This document shows, piece after piece, positions 11,201 through 24,950 of a stretch of 64,000 bases of DNA. Within the stretch, counting starts at the first letter, position 1. Each line of letters begins with the position of its first letter. The stretch comes from Podarcis cretensis. Lineage: Eukaryota. Location: contig OX638161.1 of NCBI GenBank assembly GCA_951804945.1, forward strand, positions 49,414,001 to 49,478,000, read 5' to 3'. The translations under genes were made by a program, and so were the position numbers. Under the pieces are notes generated by a model. The model was not told the DNA's origin. It worked only from the letters and a program-made list of their open reading frames with translations, and did no database searches.

Positions 11201-14200
11201 AACTCAGCAGTGGCCAGAGGATTGGAGAAGATCAGTCCCAAAGAAGGGCAATGCCAAATAATGCTCCAACTACCGCACAATTGCACTCATTTCACATGCT
11301 AGCAAGGTTATATTTAAAATTCTACAAGAAAGACTCAAGCAGCATGTAGACTGAGAACTCCCAGAAGTGCAAGCTGGATTTAGAAGAGGCAGAGGAACCA
11401 GAGACCAAATTGCAAACATGCGCTGGATTATGGAGAAAGCTAGAGAGTTCCAGAAAGACATCTACTTCTGCTTCATTGACAATGCAAAAGCCTTCGACTG
11501 TGTTGACCACAGCAAACTATGGCAAGTTCTTAAAGAAATGGGAGTGCCTGATCACCTCATCTGTCTCCTGAGAAATCTATATGTGGGACAAGAAGCTACA
11601 GTTAGAACTGGATATGGAACAACTGATTGGTTCAAAATTGGGAAAGGAGTACGACAAGGCTGTATATTGTCTCCCTGCTTATTAAACTTATATGCAGAAT
11701 TCATCATGCGAAAGGCTGGGCTGGATGAATCCCTAGCTGGAATTAAGATTGCAGGAATAACTATCAACAACCTCAGATATGCAGATGACACAAGCCTGAT
11801 GGCAGAAAGTGAGGAGCAATTAAAGTACCTATTATTGAGGGTGAGAGAGCACAAAATATGGTCTTAAGCTCAACATCAAAAAAAACCCCCAAGATCATGG
11901 CCACTGGTCCCATTACCTCCTGGCAAAGAGAAGGGGAAGAAATGGAGGCAGTGAGAGATTTTACTTTCTTGGGCTCCATGATCACTGCAAGGGTGACAGC
12001 AGCCACAAAATCAAAAGACTCCTGCTTCTTGGGAGAAAAGCAATGACATACCTAGAGAGCATCTTAAAAAGCAGAGACATCACCTTGCCAACAAAGGTCC
12101 ATATAGTAAAAGCTATTGTTTTCCCAGTAGTGATGTATGGAAGTGAAAGCTGGACCATAAAGAAGGCTGATCGCCGAAGAATTGATGCTTTTGAATTATG
12201 GTGTTGGAGAAGACTCTTGAGAGTCCCATGGACTGCAAGAAGACCAAACCTATCAATTCTGAAGGAAATCAGCCCTGAGTGCTCACTGGAAGGACAGATC
12301 CTGAAGCTGAGACGCCAATACTTTGGCCACCTCATGAGAAGAGAAAACTCCCTGGAAAAGATCCTGATGTTGGGAAAGATGGAGGGCACAAGGAGAAGGG
12401 GACGACAGAGGACGAGATGGTTGGATAGTGTTCTCGAAGCTACCAGCATGAGTTTAACCAAACTGCAGGAGGCAGTGGAAGACAGAAGTGCCTGGCGCGC
12501 TCTGGTCCATGGGGTCATGAGGAGTCGGACACGACTAAATGACTAAACAACAACAAACAACAATATGAGATGGTCTAAGGACTAGCATCCTTTAAAATAA
12601 TGTCACAGTTCATTTCCATTTCTTTTTAAAAGAAAGGATATTGCAACTTCTTCACACTTGGGAAATGGCACCCCTAAACTTCAGGGGAACTTCAGCATTA
12701 GGGAAGATTTTGGATTTCTCACATCCATTCCTCTGCTTATTCTGACCCTCAAAATTACTCTCAGAATTCCAGGAGAAGAATGAACTTAGTGACTATCCCC
12801 CCTTCATCCATGGATAAATCCTACCTGAGGATACTTGTATAGGCTTAAGAGTTCTGCCATGTGGAAGGAGACATCAGAACCAAGTCCCCCAATGACAGCT
12901 ATGAGGTTTTTTTGGTTGTTGCATTTGTAACTAGGGACAAATCTTGTGAATCTGAAGAGCAGATCCATAGTGGTCCGATAAGTCATCCTTGTGTCGTAGT
13001 AGCTGTCATAGATGTGGAACCCAAGAGTGACATTGGGCAAGATGCTGGGATTCTCGTTGATCTCATTTATGGCAAACACCAAGGCCAGGATGTGCTGGTA
13101 AAATTTTAGCACCACACTGCAGAGAAAGATTGGGTGCTCTTTCAGCAAAGAAGCACTTAAGGCAGCCAAACTCTTTAGAACAATTTTGCTCCATCCTGTC
13201 TATAACCAAATTGCATGCCATTGGGACATCAATCATGGTGATTATGATGATACCGCATTTGTACTGAAAGTACCCTATTACTGCTGTTCCTGAGATAGTA
13301 AAACTTTTCCTTTATAGACAAAACAACACGTGTAAATAATTATAATAAACGTGTAAATAATCATAAGTTTTTTCTGCCTTGAATCAGCAAGAAGATTTTG
13401 TGAGTCCCAATCTTGCAATTTCCCCAAAAATTTAATCCTGGGGACATTAGACAGAATACTTTATGAAACAGTAGCAACCACCTCTTCCATCACCAATTGG
13501 CAGGGGATCTAAAACATCCATTGACTGGAGATTTCAAATACTTTAATCTGGTTCACTCAGTACTATTTTTCTAGAAAAAAGGAGCCTGAACTCACCTTGA
13601 TCAATTCCCTCATTCTCTTAGAATGGCAATGGCACCCACCTGAGAGGTGCTGGAACTATTTTCCCATGAGTTCACTCATGTAGATGGATGTAAATTTGAT
13701 GCCATTAACAGTGCAATCCAGTGCAGTGCATAGGAATATTCCTAAAAAGAAGAAACTGAATGCCTTCGCCTGAATCCAACTGAGCAATAGCTTCTTGTTT
13801 CCTGCTTGGCAGGGGGGTTGGACTCGATGGCCCTTGTGGTCTCTTCCAACTCTATGATTCTATGATTCTTCAAGGCTGTGACATTGAGAACAGCACACAT
13901 AACTGTGATATGTTTGTGTGCATGTATTGACCTTATATCTCAAGTCGATCTTTTTTACATTTTTAAAATGTATTGCATTACTATTATTTACTGATATTTT
14001 GAAATAATATGGATAACTAAACTTTATTTGATAGTGATCTTTTCTATTATCACTAATTTGCATTGGATCAGATTTTTTGTGAGATGTGTGATCTTTCTTG
14101 TATATTTTGTTTGTTGTGAAAACCCAGTCAAATGGGTGGGATATAAATAATAAATTATTGTTACTATTATTATTATTATTACTGTTCTTATTTTTTAAAC

Positions 14201-14990
14201 CGCCGTTCTTATTTTTTAAACCGCCTAGTGTATAACAAAGTGGGACGCAGGTGGCGTTGTGGGTTAAAGCCTCAGCGCCTAGGGCTTGCCGATCGAAAGG
14301 TCGGCGGTTCGAATCCCTGCGGCGGGGTGCGCTCCCGCTGCTCGGTCCCAGCGCCTGCCAACCTAGCAGTTCGAAAGCACCTCTGGGTGCAAGTAGATAA
14401 ATAGGGACCGCTTACCAGCGGGAAGGTAAACGGCGTTTCCATGTGCGGCTCTGGCTCTGGCTCTGGCCAGAGCAGCGATGTCATGCTGGCCACATGACCC
14501 GGAAGTGTCTCCGGACAGCGCTGGCCTCTGGCCTCTTAAGTGAGATGGGCGCACAACCCCAGAGTCTGTCAAGACTGGCCCGTACGGGCAGGGGTACCTT
14601 TACCTTTACTTTAGTGTATAACAATAAAAAACGATGTTATATAAAAGTAAAAGGAACATGAAATCAAATCCTATTGCTCGTATGAGCAACTGGTTGAGTG
14701 TGTGATCTGGCTAAGATCAGATGAAGGGGGAAGGTGAATGCTTACTTTGGAACCTCAAACAACTCATGATTAGGGAGTGTACTGAAGAGTAGTTCATGGA
14801 AATGGTAGGAGATGTGAGAAGTTATCCCACCAATGATGAGGCTCCCGGGCTGGTACCACTCTTGTGGAACAGGCAGGGGATCATTCATGTGGCACTTCCT
14901 CGTATCTGCTTTACATTGTTTGGGAAGCTGAAGCAGCAGCAACAACACATGTAGACCCACCATCTTCATAGCAAACTTCCTCTCTAGCAT
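5261..14990 (-). CDS. V2R gene B, intact vomeronasal type-2 receptor (884 aa). Exons 14990-14746, 13116-12825, 9133-8276, 7992-7765, 7132-7006, 6165-5261
   Basis: Six exons of 245/292/858/228/127/905 nt = 2655 nt with GT-AG sites and compatible phases. Venus-flytrap motifs ([22 protein letters not shown]; [15 protein letters not shown]), Cys-rich domain (SVCSDSC.PG..CCYSC..CP) and 7TM ([23 protein letters not shown]). Confidence 0.93.
6757..6989. mobile_element. hAT-type MITE in gene B intron 5
   Basis: 8-bp TSD ATCTAGAG (6749-6756, 6990-6997), degenerate TIRs (GGTAGGCAAACT...AGTTTGCTGACCCCT). Absent from the matching intron of gene D. Confidence 0.75.
9339..12562 (+). mobile_element. Bov-B (RTE clade) LINE, near full length, inactivated; antisense within gene B intron 2
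   Basis: AP endonuclease motifs ([32 protein letters not shown]) and RT motifs ([30 protein letters not shown]). 3' end CGGACACGACT + (CAA)n tail. 9-bp TSD ATATGAGAT (9330-9338, 12563-12571). Stops at 9885, 11259 and ~11352; frameshifts near 11850 and 11990. Confidence 0.95.
13785..13870 (+). mobile_element. CR1 LINE 3' end
   Basis: GGGTTGGACTCGATGGCC...CTTCCAACTCTATGATTCTATGATTCT, the CR1-type (ATTCTATG)n terminus. Confidence 0.7.
14239..14611 (+). mobile_element. Sauria SINE (CpG-rich, young) in gene B intron 1
   Basis: GGGACGCAGGTGGCG head, B box GGTTCGAATCC, (ACCTTT)n tail, 13-bp TSD TAGTGTATAACAA (14226-14238, 14612-14624). Empty site in gene A intron near 890. Confidence 0.9.
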
Positions 14991-17954
14991 TCTCTTGCTC
15001 CAGCATCCAGCCTTACATTAATGCCTTACTTTGGGTGGTGCCTGACTCTGCCAATAAAGGAAAACAACACACTTATCTTCAGCGTCAGCAGAATTCGAGT
15101 GCCTCAGCAAGCTAGTAGAGACAACCAATACAGACTATACAGACTCCAAAGTCTTTTCTACAAAATGGCAACACACATCACAGCTCAAACTGGCAGAACC
15201 TTACCTGCATCTTGTCACTCATCAGTGACAGGAGGGTTATTTGTTTCCCATACCTAATTATGGAGATATTGCATTTACTAAATGTTGTTATTTTTTGAAA
15301 CACCACTGGAGCTTTGGGCAGGTGAACTAATGACAGTAATTTGGACACCTGCAGGGGGAGATAACTTACCTCTGCAAAGTCACTCTGCCAGAAGCACTTC
15401 AGGTAGCAAACATATTTGTTCTCTACTTGAACCTGGCCACGAGAATGTTATGCTCCTCAAGGAGACAACAAATAGCTGATGCATCCCAGACTTCCAGGGA
15501 GAGCAAATTCATACCCTAAAGTGTATCCAGACATTTCCATAATTGTGAAGGATGCTCAGAGTATCAGTGCTGAAATAATGACCACTGCCCAGTCCCAGTT
15601 TTTTGACCCACACTAGATACAGCTCTTGCCATGTAGTTTGGAATTGTTTTTGTATTCTTGATGTTAAACAAACAACTGTTACTAGTTTATGAGAAAGCTG
15701 TAACAAGACTGTGGAGGCTTGAATGCCCCTCCCCCCCCCCCCATATATCCTTCTTATTGAATATTGTTCCTGATTCACCTGCACCAAAGTTGCAGGGAGG
15801 TTAGATTGTCTCTGGTCTTCACTGAACATTCATTCTGATTAGTTTATGTGGAAATTATACAATAATGAGCATTCATTCTGATTTGGAATGGATATGACAC
15901 AGTTCTTATTTGAACACAAATATATGAAATCCACTCTTTCTGAAGCAATAGGAGAACCAAAACACAGACTTCCCTCAAAGTTGATGGAATTATCCTCATT
16001 TTGATGCAGTTCTCCAACAAAAGCCCCTAAAATATACATATTAGCAGAAACGTGTCTAAAAATGAAAACAGTATTGAAAATAAGCCCCAGAAATTCAATG
16101 GGATGGCTCAGTTGGTTAGAGTGCGGTGCTGATTGATAATGCTAAGTTTGCAGGTTCAATCCCTACATGAGACAGATGCATGTTCCTGTATTACATGGGG
16201 TGAGGCTAAATGAACCTCAGGGTACCTTCCAACTCTTCAATTTTATTATTCTATGAATGCATTATATCATGGGAAATTGCTGACCAAAATGTGTACATTA
16301 TTCAAAACTGCACAAACATATTTGTTTATTAGGAGAAATTTCCACTAAAATGCTGGTGAATCTGTGAAGATCTGAATTTAAGGTTGGGAAATGATCATTC
16401 CATTCCTATCTCTGATTTGCTTGCAGGGTGCATTTACATCTACCCGTTAAGAAAGAGTTCATTCCATACTTCTCAGTCCCCCCCCCCCCATTTCTTTCCT
16501 AATAGAAAACAGTCCGCTTTTTGTGGATTGGTTGCACTAGGACAGCTTTAATCCATTTGAACACTTTAATCCACTTGAAATGCAAACCTGAAGTTCTGCT
16601 GTGTGATGGAATAAATCCCAGATAATACTGACAGTACCCTGTACCCCCACCACAGTCTTGATAGAACCCCTGATATTTACAGTTGGAGGAAAGTCCTCAT
16701 TGTTTTAACACATGCAGAACAAATAGTATATGTTATATAAAACAGGGCTGCCATACGTCCAGGAGACATAGCTGGAATTTGGCCCACATAAAAGTTTCCT
16801 GATGGAAATCGCTGAAATCCAGATGTATGGCAACCCATGTTGATGTTGTGAGTGTAGATTTTGGCGAATTTCCTTTTTCCTTTCCTTTTATTTTTGAGAA
16901 TCAAAACAACTTTGAACTCAACAACTTTGGGCGACAATTTTGCCCCCCCCCAAAAGAGCAAAGTTTCCAGATTTTCACTTTTTTGAAATATGGCAATTCT
17001 TTATAATACCACAAGAGAGTTTGAATTGTTACTCCTGTAATGGAACTGATAAAAGATGAAGTGCTGATTCGTTTAATCTCAAGTGGAAACAACTTTGAAA
17101 ATACTATCAGTATCTCAAAAAGTAGACAGGCTGGGGAGAGATAAATGATTCTCAAAGAATCATTTCAGAGATGTTTGCTCTGGGGTGATCATATTAGGAT
17201 GCAGATGATCTCTATATCTATATATGTATTACATAACTAGCTCATATTTAGCTTGTGCTTATTATGGGCTCTGTGCAAGAAATTAGCAGGGAAGGGAAAT
17301 TGACCAAGGATTATATGGGAATGTCATTAAGCTTTCATTGCTTTGCATCAAGAAACATATTTCCTATTCTCACTAGTAGGGGAAGCAAATACAAACTTTT
17401 CTGTATTACATATATAGAGAGGTAGGTAGGTAGGTAGGTAGATAAAATAAACTTTATTTCTCTTTTTGAATGAGGAAAACAAGTACACATATGAACAAAG
17501 ACCATACTATTTCCACTACAGATAACTATACCTTAATATTATGGAGCCAGGATGCTTGCTGTCCTGCAATTATGTGCTTTGAATATATAGTCCTGGCTCC
17601 ATATAAGGCTTGTACACAGTTGGAGCCATTAGATTTCTGAAAACCAGGAGGGGAGAGTATTCTTGTGCTTTGAATCCTGCTTGTGGACTTCCCACAAGCA
17701 TCTGGTCAGTTATTTAAGAACAGGCTGTTGGATTAGATGACCATGTGTTCTTACATTCTTAAGGTCTTGAGTTGTGTGATTACTATGTTATTTGTTTTGT
17801 TGAAAAATATCCTGTGGTCTTTGGGTGAAGGGCTGTATAAATAAAATGAATAAAAATATTTGGGCACACCAAGTAATTTCTGTAGCTGTTATTAGGTTTG
17901 AGGGTGATCTTTATTTTGAGAATTATTTTGTAAGTATCAGCCTTGGTCAGCTAA

Positions 17955-18150
17955 ATTATGCCTTGATCAGACCACACCTGGAGTACTGTGTCCAGCTTTG
18001 GGCACCACAGTTTCAGAAATATATTGACAAGCTGGGGAGTGGACAGAGGTGGGTGGCCATGATGATAAGGGTCTGGAAACCACCCTTTTAAGAAATGGTT
18101 GAGGGAGTTTGGTATGTTTATCCTGGTGAAAAGAAAACTAAGAGAAGAAA
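17955..18150 (+). mobile_element. CR1 LINE RT C-terminal fragment
   Basis: Translates as YALIRPHLEYCVQLWAPQF, the conserved CR1 ORF2 motif. Confidence 0.7.
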
Positions 18151-18209
18151 AGAGAAGGCCACCTCCTGTCAATCTCTAAAGCCATAAATCTGAAATCCAA
18201 TTATATATA

Positions 18210-18448
18210 CAGTGGTACCCCTAGTTACAAATGCCTCGGGTTACAAACGCTTCAGATTACAAACTCCGCTAACCTGGAAGAGTTACTTTGAGTTGAGAAC
18301 TTTACCCCAGGATGAGAACTGAAATCGTGTGCCAGCAGCGCAGCACCAGCAAGAGGTCCCATTAGCGAAAGCACGCCTCTAGTTAAGAACAGTTTTAGGT
18401 TAAGAACGGACCTCCAGAATGAATTAAGTTTGTAACTAGAAGTACCAC

Positions 18449-18450
<2 letters not shown>
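18210..18450. mobile_element. Tc1/mariner-type MITE, same family as 453-678
   Basis: TA-CAGTGGTAC...GTACCACTG TIRs and shared internal sequence (GGTTAAGAACGGACCTCCAGAA). Confidence 0.75.
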
Positions 18451-18484
<34 letters not shown>

Positions 18485-18490
18485 CGCGCG

Positions 18491-18525
<35 letters not shown>
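18449..18525. repeat. Compound microsatellite (TG)n(CG)n(CA)n
   Basis: Read directly from the sequence. Confidence 0.95.
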
Positions 18526-18527
<2 letters not shown>

Positions 18528-18816
18528 GAAAAATAGAGTGAATAAGGTATTAAACTCTGATGATCTGAAAAAGCCACTTTGTATGCTGGGAGACATTCCT
18601 GGCAACCTGACCAGGGGGTGAGTGACTTAAAGTGAAGAAATCTTCATGATTCCCCCCAAAAATCTCAGAGCATAAGGTCACCAAATCCCCTCTTTCTCTA
18701 ATTAACTTTGAGACTGCTATAAATTATTACCGAGAGGATCTCAGGTTCTCTAACCCCTTTTCTCCTAAAGCACTAACCCTGTCAAAATAATGGGGATGTT
18801 GGGAGAGATATATTCT

Positions 18817-20112
18817 TTAATTATTTCTCTTTCTTAGTTGCTCCCTGTTGTTCAGCTCAGGTCTCAGTACAATGATGTAGCATTTAGGAGAAAAAATGCA
18901 AACCAATAACCCACCACTGGAGGCCAAGATGGAGAAAATCTCCACAGCCACCATGTCCTTTCCTCTTGAACTCAGGTAGGTTGGAACAAAGGACAACCAA
19001 ACACTACAAAATGCCATCATGCTGAAGGTAATGAACTTGGCTTCATTAAAGCTATCTGGTAACTTGCGAGCTAGGAATGCCACAGTGAAGCTGGCAATGG
19101 CCAAGAGGCCCATGTAACCCAAGACAGTATAAAACATGGCAACTGACCCTTCATTACATTGCAGAATGATCTCTTCTGTTACCGAGTGCATGTCTAAATC
19201 AGGGTATGGGGGAGAGGTTGCCAACCACACAGCACAAATACCTGCTTGAATAAGAGAGCAGGAAAGGACAATGGAGTTGGTCAGTCTTTTCGTCACCCAT
19301 TTCTTCATCCTAGATCCAGGCTTTGTAGCTAGAAATGCCAGAGAAACAATGGTGGTCTTTGCCAACACGCAAGAAACAGCCACTGAGAAGATGATTCCAA
19401 AAGTTGTTTGTCGAAGAAAGCAGGTCACTTTCCCAGGTTGTCCGAGGAATAAGAATGAAGAGAGGAAGCAGAGCAGGAGGGAGACAAGGAGAGTGTAGGT
19501 GAGGTCCCTGTTGTTGGCTTTGACAATGGGGGTATCTTTGTGCTTAACAAAGATTCCTAACACCAAGGCTGTGATCAGGAAAAAGGAAACAGCAACCGAG
19601 GCTAAACTGATCCCTAATGGCTCGTCGTAAGAGAGAAAGCTTGTAGTTTTGGAGATGCATCCATTTTTCCCTTCATTTGGAAATTGTTCTTCTGCACATT
19701 TGAAACAGTCACCCATGTCTGAAAAATAGAAGAAATGCAAGTGTCACAAACTGTTCCCCACTCCATATGCAAGTTGTAGTTCATGCTGATTTCTGCCTGC
19801 ATGTGTCAAGTGTGTAGATATATGAATGTGAAAATGAATGCTCTGAACATTCAAAGAAAGCTGCTATAAAAGGAAGGCCTCTCCAGGAATAGACAAGTCA
19901 TCTTACATAACTCACGTAACTCTCTTTTGATGGAAAAACTGGAGTACTATAGAAGCATACCTGTCTTGTTGGAAATCTTCCCTTCTGGGCATGGAACACA
20001 ATCGTAACAGCAAAATTTTTCCCCTTCCTTCCTTTTCTTCTGATTGCCAGTGCTCATTACACAAAGAAATGGGGAGTACCTAGCCATAATAATGAATGGA
20101 GTTACAATGAGA

Positions 20113-20147
<35 letters not shown>

Positions 20148-22595
20148 ATATTAAAAAAATTCAGTTATTGATATACAGAAAAAGAGCTGGCCCACAAAGA
20201 AAACTTATCTCAATCACCCAGAATTTATTTTATATTAAAACAAGATGCAGCTTATATTATTATCTTCATTTCACCCGTGTGGACTTGTAATATTACTTTT
20301 AGAATTGCAGTTTTGGGCTTTGCTGTTACAACTAGTGTTTTTATTTTATTTTTATAGTTGTGCAACACTGACTTTATTTTGGAGTTTAGATAATGCTAGG
20401 CAGCAAAGGAAAGGAGAAATTCAAAGGACCTCTGTGGTTACCTGGTTAAATCCTCTGTGCCACACAACCATACTTTCATTTATAGTGAATTGTTTCCCTT
20501 CGGAATCACTGGGGCCCACCCTTCCAATTTTTAATCTCTGGAATGACCAGGTTCATGATGTCAAATCCGCCAGCCACTTCCCTTTTGTCATTAAAGGACA
20601 CAGTTTCTCCAGCTGAGTTGTTAAATGAAATTCTTTGAAGAAATGGATGGAGCTGTTTGAAAGAGAAGTAGAAATAAATAAAGTAAAAAGAGAGGGAAGG
20701 AACAGGAGATAAAATTGTATAGGATATTTCATGTGGCTTTACTAATATCATTTAGCTCAGGGATGAGAAACCTCAGGTGCAGATTCCAAATGCAGCCCTC
20801 TCTATGGTCTTCAGCATTCTCCCAAGACTACACTCTCATGATCATTCCTTATTGGCCCTGTACTTTGACTTCATTAGAGATGTCAGAATTCCAACAACAA
20901 CAAAAAGAAAACAGAAGCGGAAATTGCCCTCTTATTCATCCCCTTTCTGGAATGGAAATCAATCCAGTTAATATTAATTGGTATTCTTGCTTTCAGTCAG
21001 CAAGTGATATACAATGGATAATGTTCCTCCCAAATTACATTCCATTTATTTTGCACTGAAATGAATAGTGGGGGGAGGGGTAAATGCACCATTCTTTTAC
21101 TTAAATTCTAAACTAATGCAAATTGCATAAGTGATTTTCTAAATTACATCAAATAACAGGGAATGAGAAAAATAACAGTATTTGTTGGAAACTAAACTGC
21201 AGCAGAATGGAAACAACACTGAATGAAGACAGTTCAGGATGAAAACTGCTGCCTTATCAGCCTTCCTTAGGTGCTGTTTCTTGGCCAGAACATGTCTTGG
21301 AACTGGGATAATGCCTCTTGCTTGTCAGAATGGAGAGAGATTGTTTGCATATGCAAGTACACCTTTGACAGTTGCATGGTCGAAACATTGTCTACTGCAC
21401 AATAATTAGAATCATAGCCATTGCTCTGTAAACATTTGCCTCAGAAACTTATCGGAAAGTGAGAATTTGTGCTGCATTGTAGAAAACAAATTGCTTCCAG
21501 ACTCCAGTTATATGAAAAATTGTCAAGGCACAAAATCTCACCTATACTTTTTATTGAAGTAAGAAGATTTGTAGTGGAAACTTTACCTGCCAAGGCTGTA
21601 TATGATGAAGATCAACAACTGCACTCCCCAACATTGCTTTCTGGCTGGATCTAGATGAATAAATGGCATGCAAAGCATGAGCCACCGCATAAACACCATT
21701 ATAGATACTGTAGCTATGGCCTGTCATTCGTGTTTCAAAAATAGGTCTAATAAGATATTCAACCTTCTCCTCCCCAGTACACATTCCATCAAATGGCACT
21801 GACCCTCTCAGATTTGGGTATATACAGTCAAATGCTTGTTCCCAGAATTCTTTAAGAAAGCCATCTCCATCAGTCCAATAAGGTTTTACAACCTCAAGAA
21901 ATTCCCTGAACTGTAAAATATCATTTGAGTGAACTGTAAAGGAAATGGCGCCTTGGAACAGTTCAAAATCCCACCCCCTTTGATGTCCTGGAGATAGTAA
22001 ATCCAATTGGGTTGTCATAATCCACACCTTTCTAAAAGATTTATTTTCCTTGTTTCCAGGATCTCGTAAAAATATTACAGTTCTCAGCCATGCAATTGTC
22101 AAAGATTCTCCATAGATGATAAACACACTGACTTTTTTGTCACTGAAAGGTACATATATACTTGAGGCTATATCGTTAATTTCATCCAAGTCATCCAAAT
22201 AGGGTTGCTGTGGGATTCTTTTCGTGAAGGCTGAACAGATTCCATTTTGTGAAAGCATAAGTTCCAGGGTCTGCAAGAAATGTTCTCCATTGGTGTTATC
22301 AAAAGCAAAGAGACCAACCCACATCCAACCAAAATACTTAAGTAACTGGATGATCCCCACATATTGCTGGGTTTCATTAGGGACCATGCAGTAGAAGGAA
22401 GTGATCTGAGTGCTATGAATCTCCTGAGGGGAAAATGAGCCATATGTGAGCTAAAAAGAAAAAGAAAAAAAGGACAGATATTGGACGGAACAATTCGGCA
22501 GACTCTTACAAAGAAACAACTACATGAAGGAATTTGTAGGATTTGGGGGGATATTTGGGCAAGGTGTTATGAAATTTATGGGAGGGTTTCTATTA

Positions 22596-22653
<58 letters not shown>

Positions 22654-24950
22654 ATTTTGAAGTGAATTACTCACAGAATGATAAAATGAAACATGTCTGC
22701 TTCCCAGTGCAATAGTCCTACCTGTGGAATCTTGTATAATCCTAAAATGTTTGCTATATGGAAGGAGGTATCAGAGCCAAGTCCACCAATGATGGCTATG
22801 AGATTTTTCTGGGAGCCACATTTGTAGTTGGGAACAAATCTATGTGATTTGAAGAGAAGTTCCAGAGTAGTATGATAGGTCATCCTCGCATCATAGTAGC
22901 TGTCATAGATATGGAACCCGAAAGTGACATTGGGCAAGATCTTGGGGGTTTTGTTGACCTCATTCACAGCAAATGCCAAGGCAAGAATGTGCTGGTAAAA
23001 TTTTGTTACCATTCTATAAATACAAACAATTTATTATCATTATTTCAAGAAAGAGTTCTACAATGCATTAAATTGTTGAAGCGGTAACTTCTGTCTCTAA
23101 CCGGTCCTTCTATTTCTCTGCACAAAAGAATTAACGTACACCATTCTGACATCACAAATGACAACCTCCAAAACTAGCTGAGGGACAGGACATTAGCCCC
23201 CAATGTTGTTCTATAACTGACATTCATGCAGTTGTTCTGGAATATCAAAGGTGAACTGCAACAAGAAACTGTGCAATTCCATTTCATTACATAGCTGAAT
23301 GCTTTCACTTGCAGACTGAATTTTGCAGACTGGAGAAAAATATAGAAAACACATATGCTAATGCCAGCGTGTGTTTTATCAACAAGTTCACTGTTGGTAA
23401 CCTTATCATCAGCCTCTGTAGTTTTCTGTTTCTCATATCCTTCTACCCTCATGTTCCCCTCATCATGTGTACATACACAGTACCTGCAACCAAAATAACA
23501 CTTCATACATCTGATGAAGTTCATTATGTCATAATAAACATGTTAGTCTTTAAGGGTGCTACAAAACTCCTTGTGTTAAGTTCAGTGCAGAATAGACCCA
23601 CTGAATAAATTTATCTAAGTGATGCCCATTATTTTCAATGGGCCAACTCTCTGTAGGGTTAAACTATTATTTTTGCTGCAACAGACTCATTTGGCTTCCT
23701 TCTGGAAATCCTTTTATTTCTAACCGGTGTTTCTGTGCTAATAAATACTTCCTCTTCAGCCCAAATATAATTAATGAAGCACTGGAATAGCAGCATGTAA
23801 AATGAGATCTACACACATACCCACTGATATTGCTTGCCACAACTCCATGTATAAAACTAGGTGCATTCTGCCCCGTGAAACTTAAGCCAGCAATCCTATG
23901 GCAAGATCCACAGGCATGAGCAACTTAGGATGCAGTAGGTATTGGTCTCAGCCAGCTGATTCCCAGCTTAGTCCCAGCTCAGCTGAATACACATTTGAAT
24001 AACTATCTGGTCCTGCTCAGCCAGCTGAGTAGAAGCCAGTATAAATCTCCAAAGGCGAGCATTCCAGAGGCTGGGTGAAAAATGAGAGGCCTATGCTGGA
24101 TCCTAATATCATTTCTGGAGCAGAATACTATTTTTAAGTCTTGTTTTCCTTCTGTCAGGCTTAGACAGAGCAGCAGCCCAGCCACTGAATGGGGTTTGGA
24201 TATAACATAACTTTATGCCAGCTTAATTTACATCATTTTGCTTTACACGAGCCTCTTGTGCATAGGATTGCTCCGTAAATAGTTGGAGCTCTATTCTGAA
24301 TCTGGCCAAATTAAATGTACGTCCATTTTCAACTTGTTTTCCAGCTAGCCCACAAAAATGGGACTTGTATTAATTTAATTAGCGCTAACATATATATTTT
24401 TTAATTTAAAAAATCCCTGTGAATGCACTACAGTGAATTTGCATATGTGTACCTACAGATACATTTGATCCAATTAAAGAAAATGTCTTCTTTCTCCCCA
24501 ACCTGATGTTATACTCTAAAACAAAAGGAGTTCTTATTATGTGAGAATAAACCCGATATTTACTGTGGGGTTAATAATACACACAATTCTCAGAAAGTAA
24601 TTCGGGTAGGATAAGCCTGCATGAACTTTCTTTGAGCATGCCATCACTCATACAAAAAATTATTTGTCTTTCCTCTTGCAAAGTTCAGAATATGCATGGG
24701 GAGAGGGAATGGTTTCTTACTCTGGTACATCAAATAGCCTCCCAGAAGGATGTTCTGTGAAGGAAGCTTCACTGGCAGGGTAAGTGATCTGAGAAGCCAT
24801 CCCACCAATGAGAAAGTCCCCTGGCTGGTACCACTCATGAGGAACAGGGAGGGGATTACTAACGGGGCACTTCATAGTATTGACTTTGCACACCTTGACA
24901 GATAGCAGAAAGAAGAACATCAGCAGCAGCATCCTAGCAGCAAACCTCAT
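18817..24950 (-). pseudogene. V2R gene C pseudogene. Exons 24950-24721, 23013-22722, 22450-21587, 20652-20442, 20079-19961, 19718-18817
   Basis: All six exons and splice sites are present. Exon 4 is 211 nt (228-17, frameshift, stop at 20506-20508) and exon 5 is 119 nt (127-8, loses C-x-P-G). Exons 1-3 and 6 are open. Confidence 0.88.
22597..22650. repeat. (CT)n microsatellite; others are (GATT)n ~20113-20146, (ATA)n ~26001-26040 and (TTTA)n ~35277-35317
   Basis: Read directly from the sequence. Confidence 0.9.

Noticed and set aside
10538-12518. Minus-strand ORFs of 100-188 aa
   Set aside because: Antisense to the Bov-B ORF, with no independent protein motifs.
18252-18605. ORFs with CVCV/THTH runs (also poly-Ile at 25830 and SLSL at 22524)
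   Set aside because: Translations of microsatellites.
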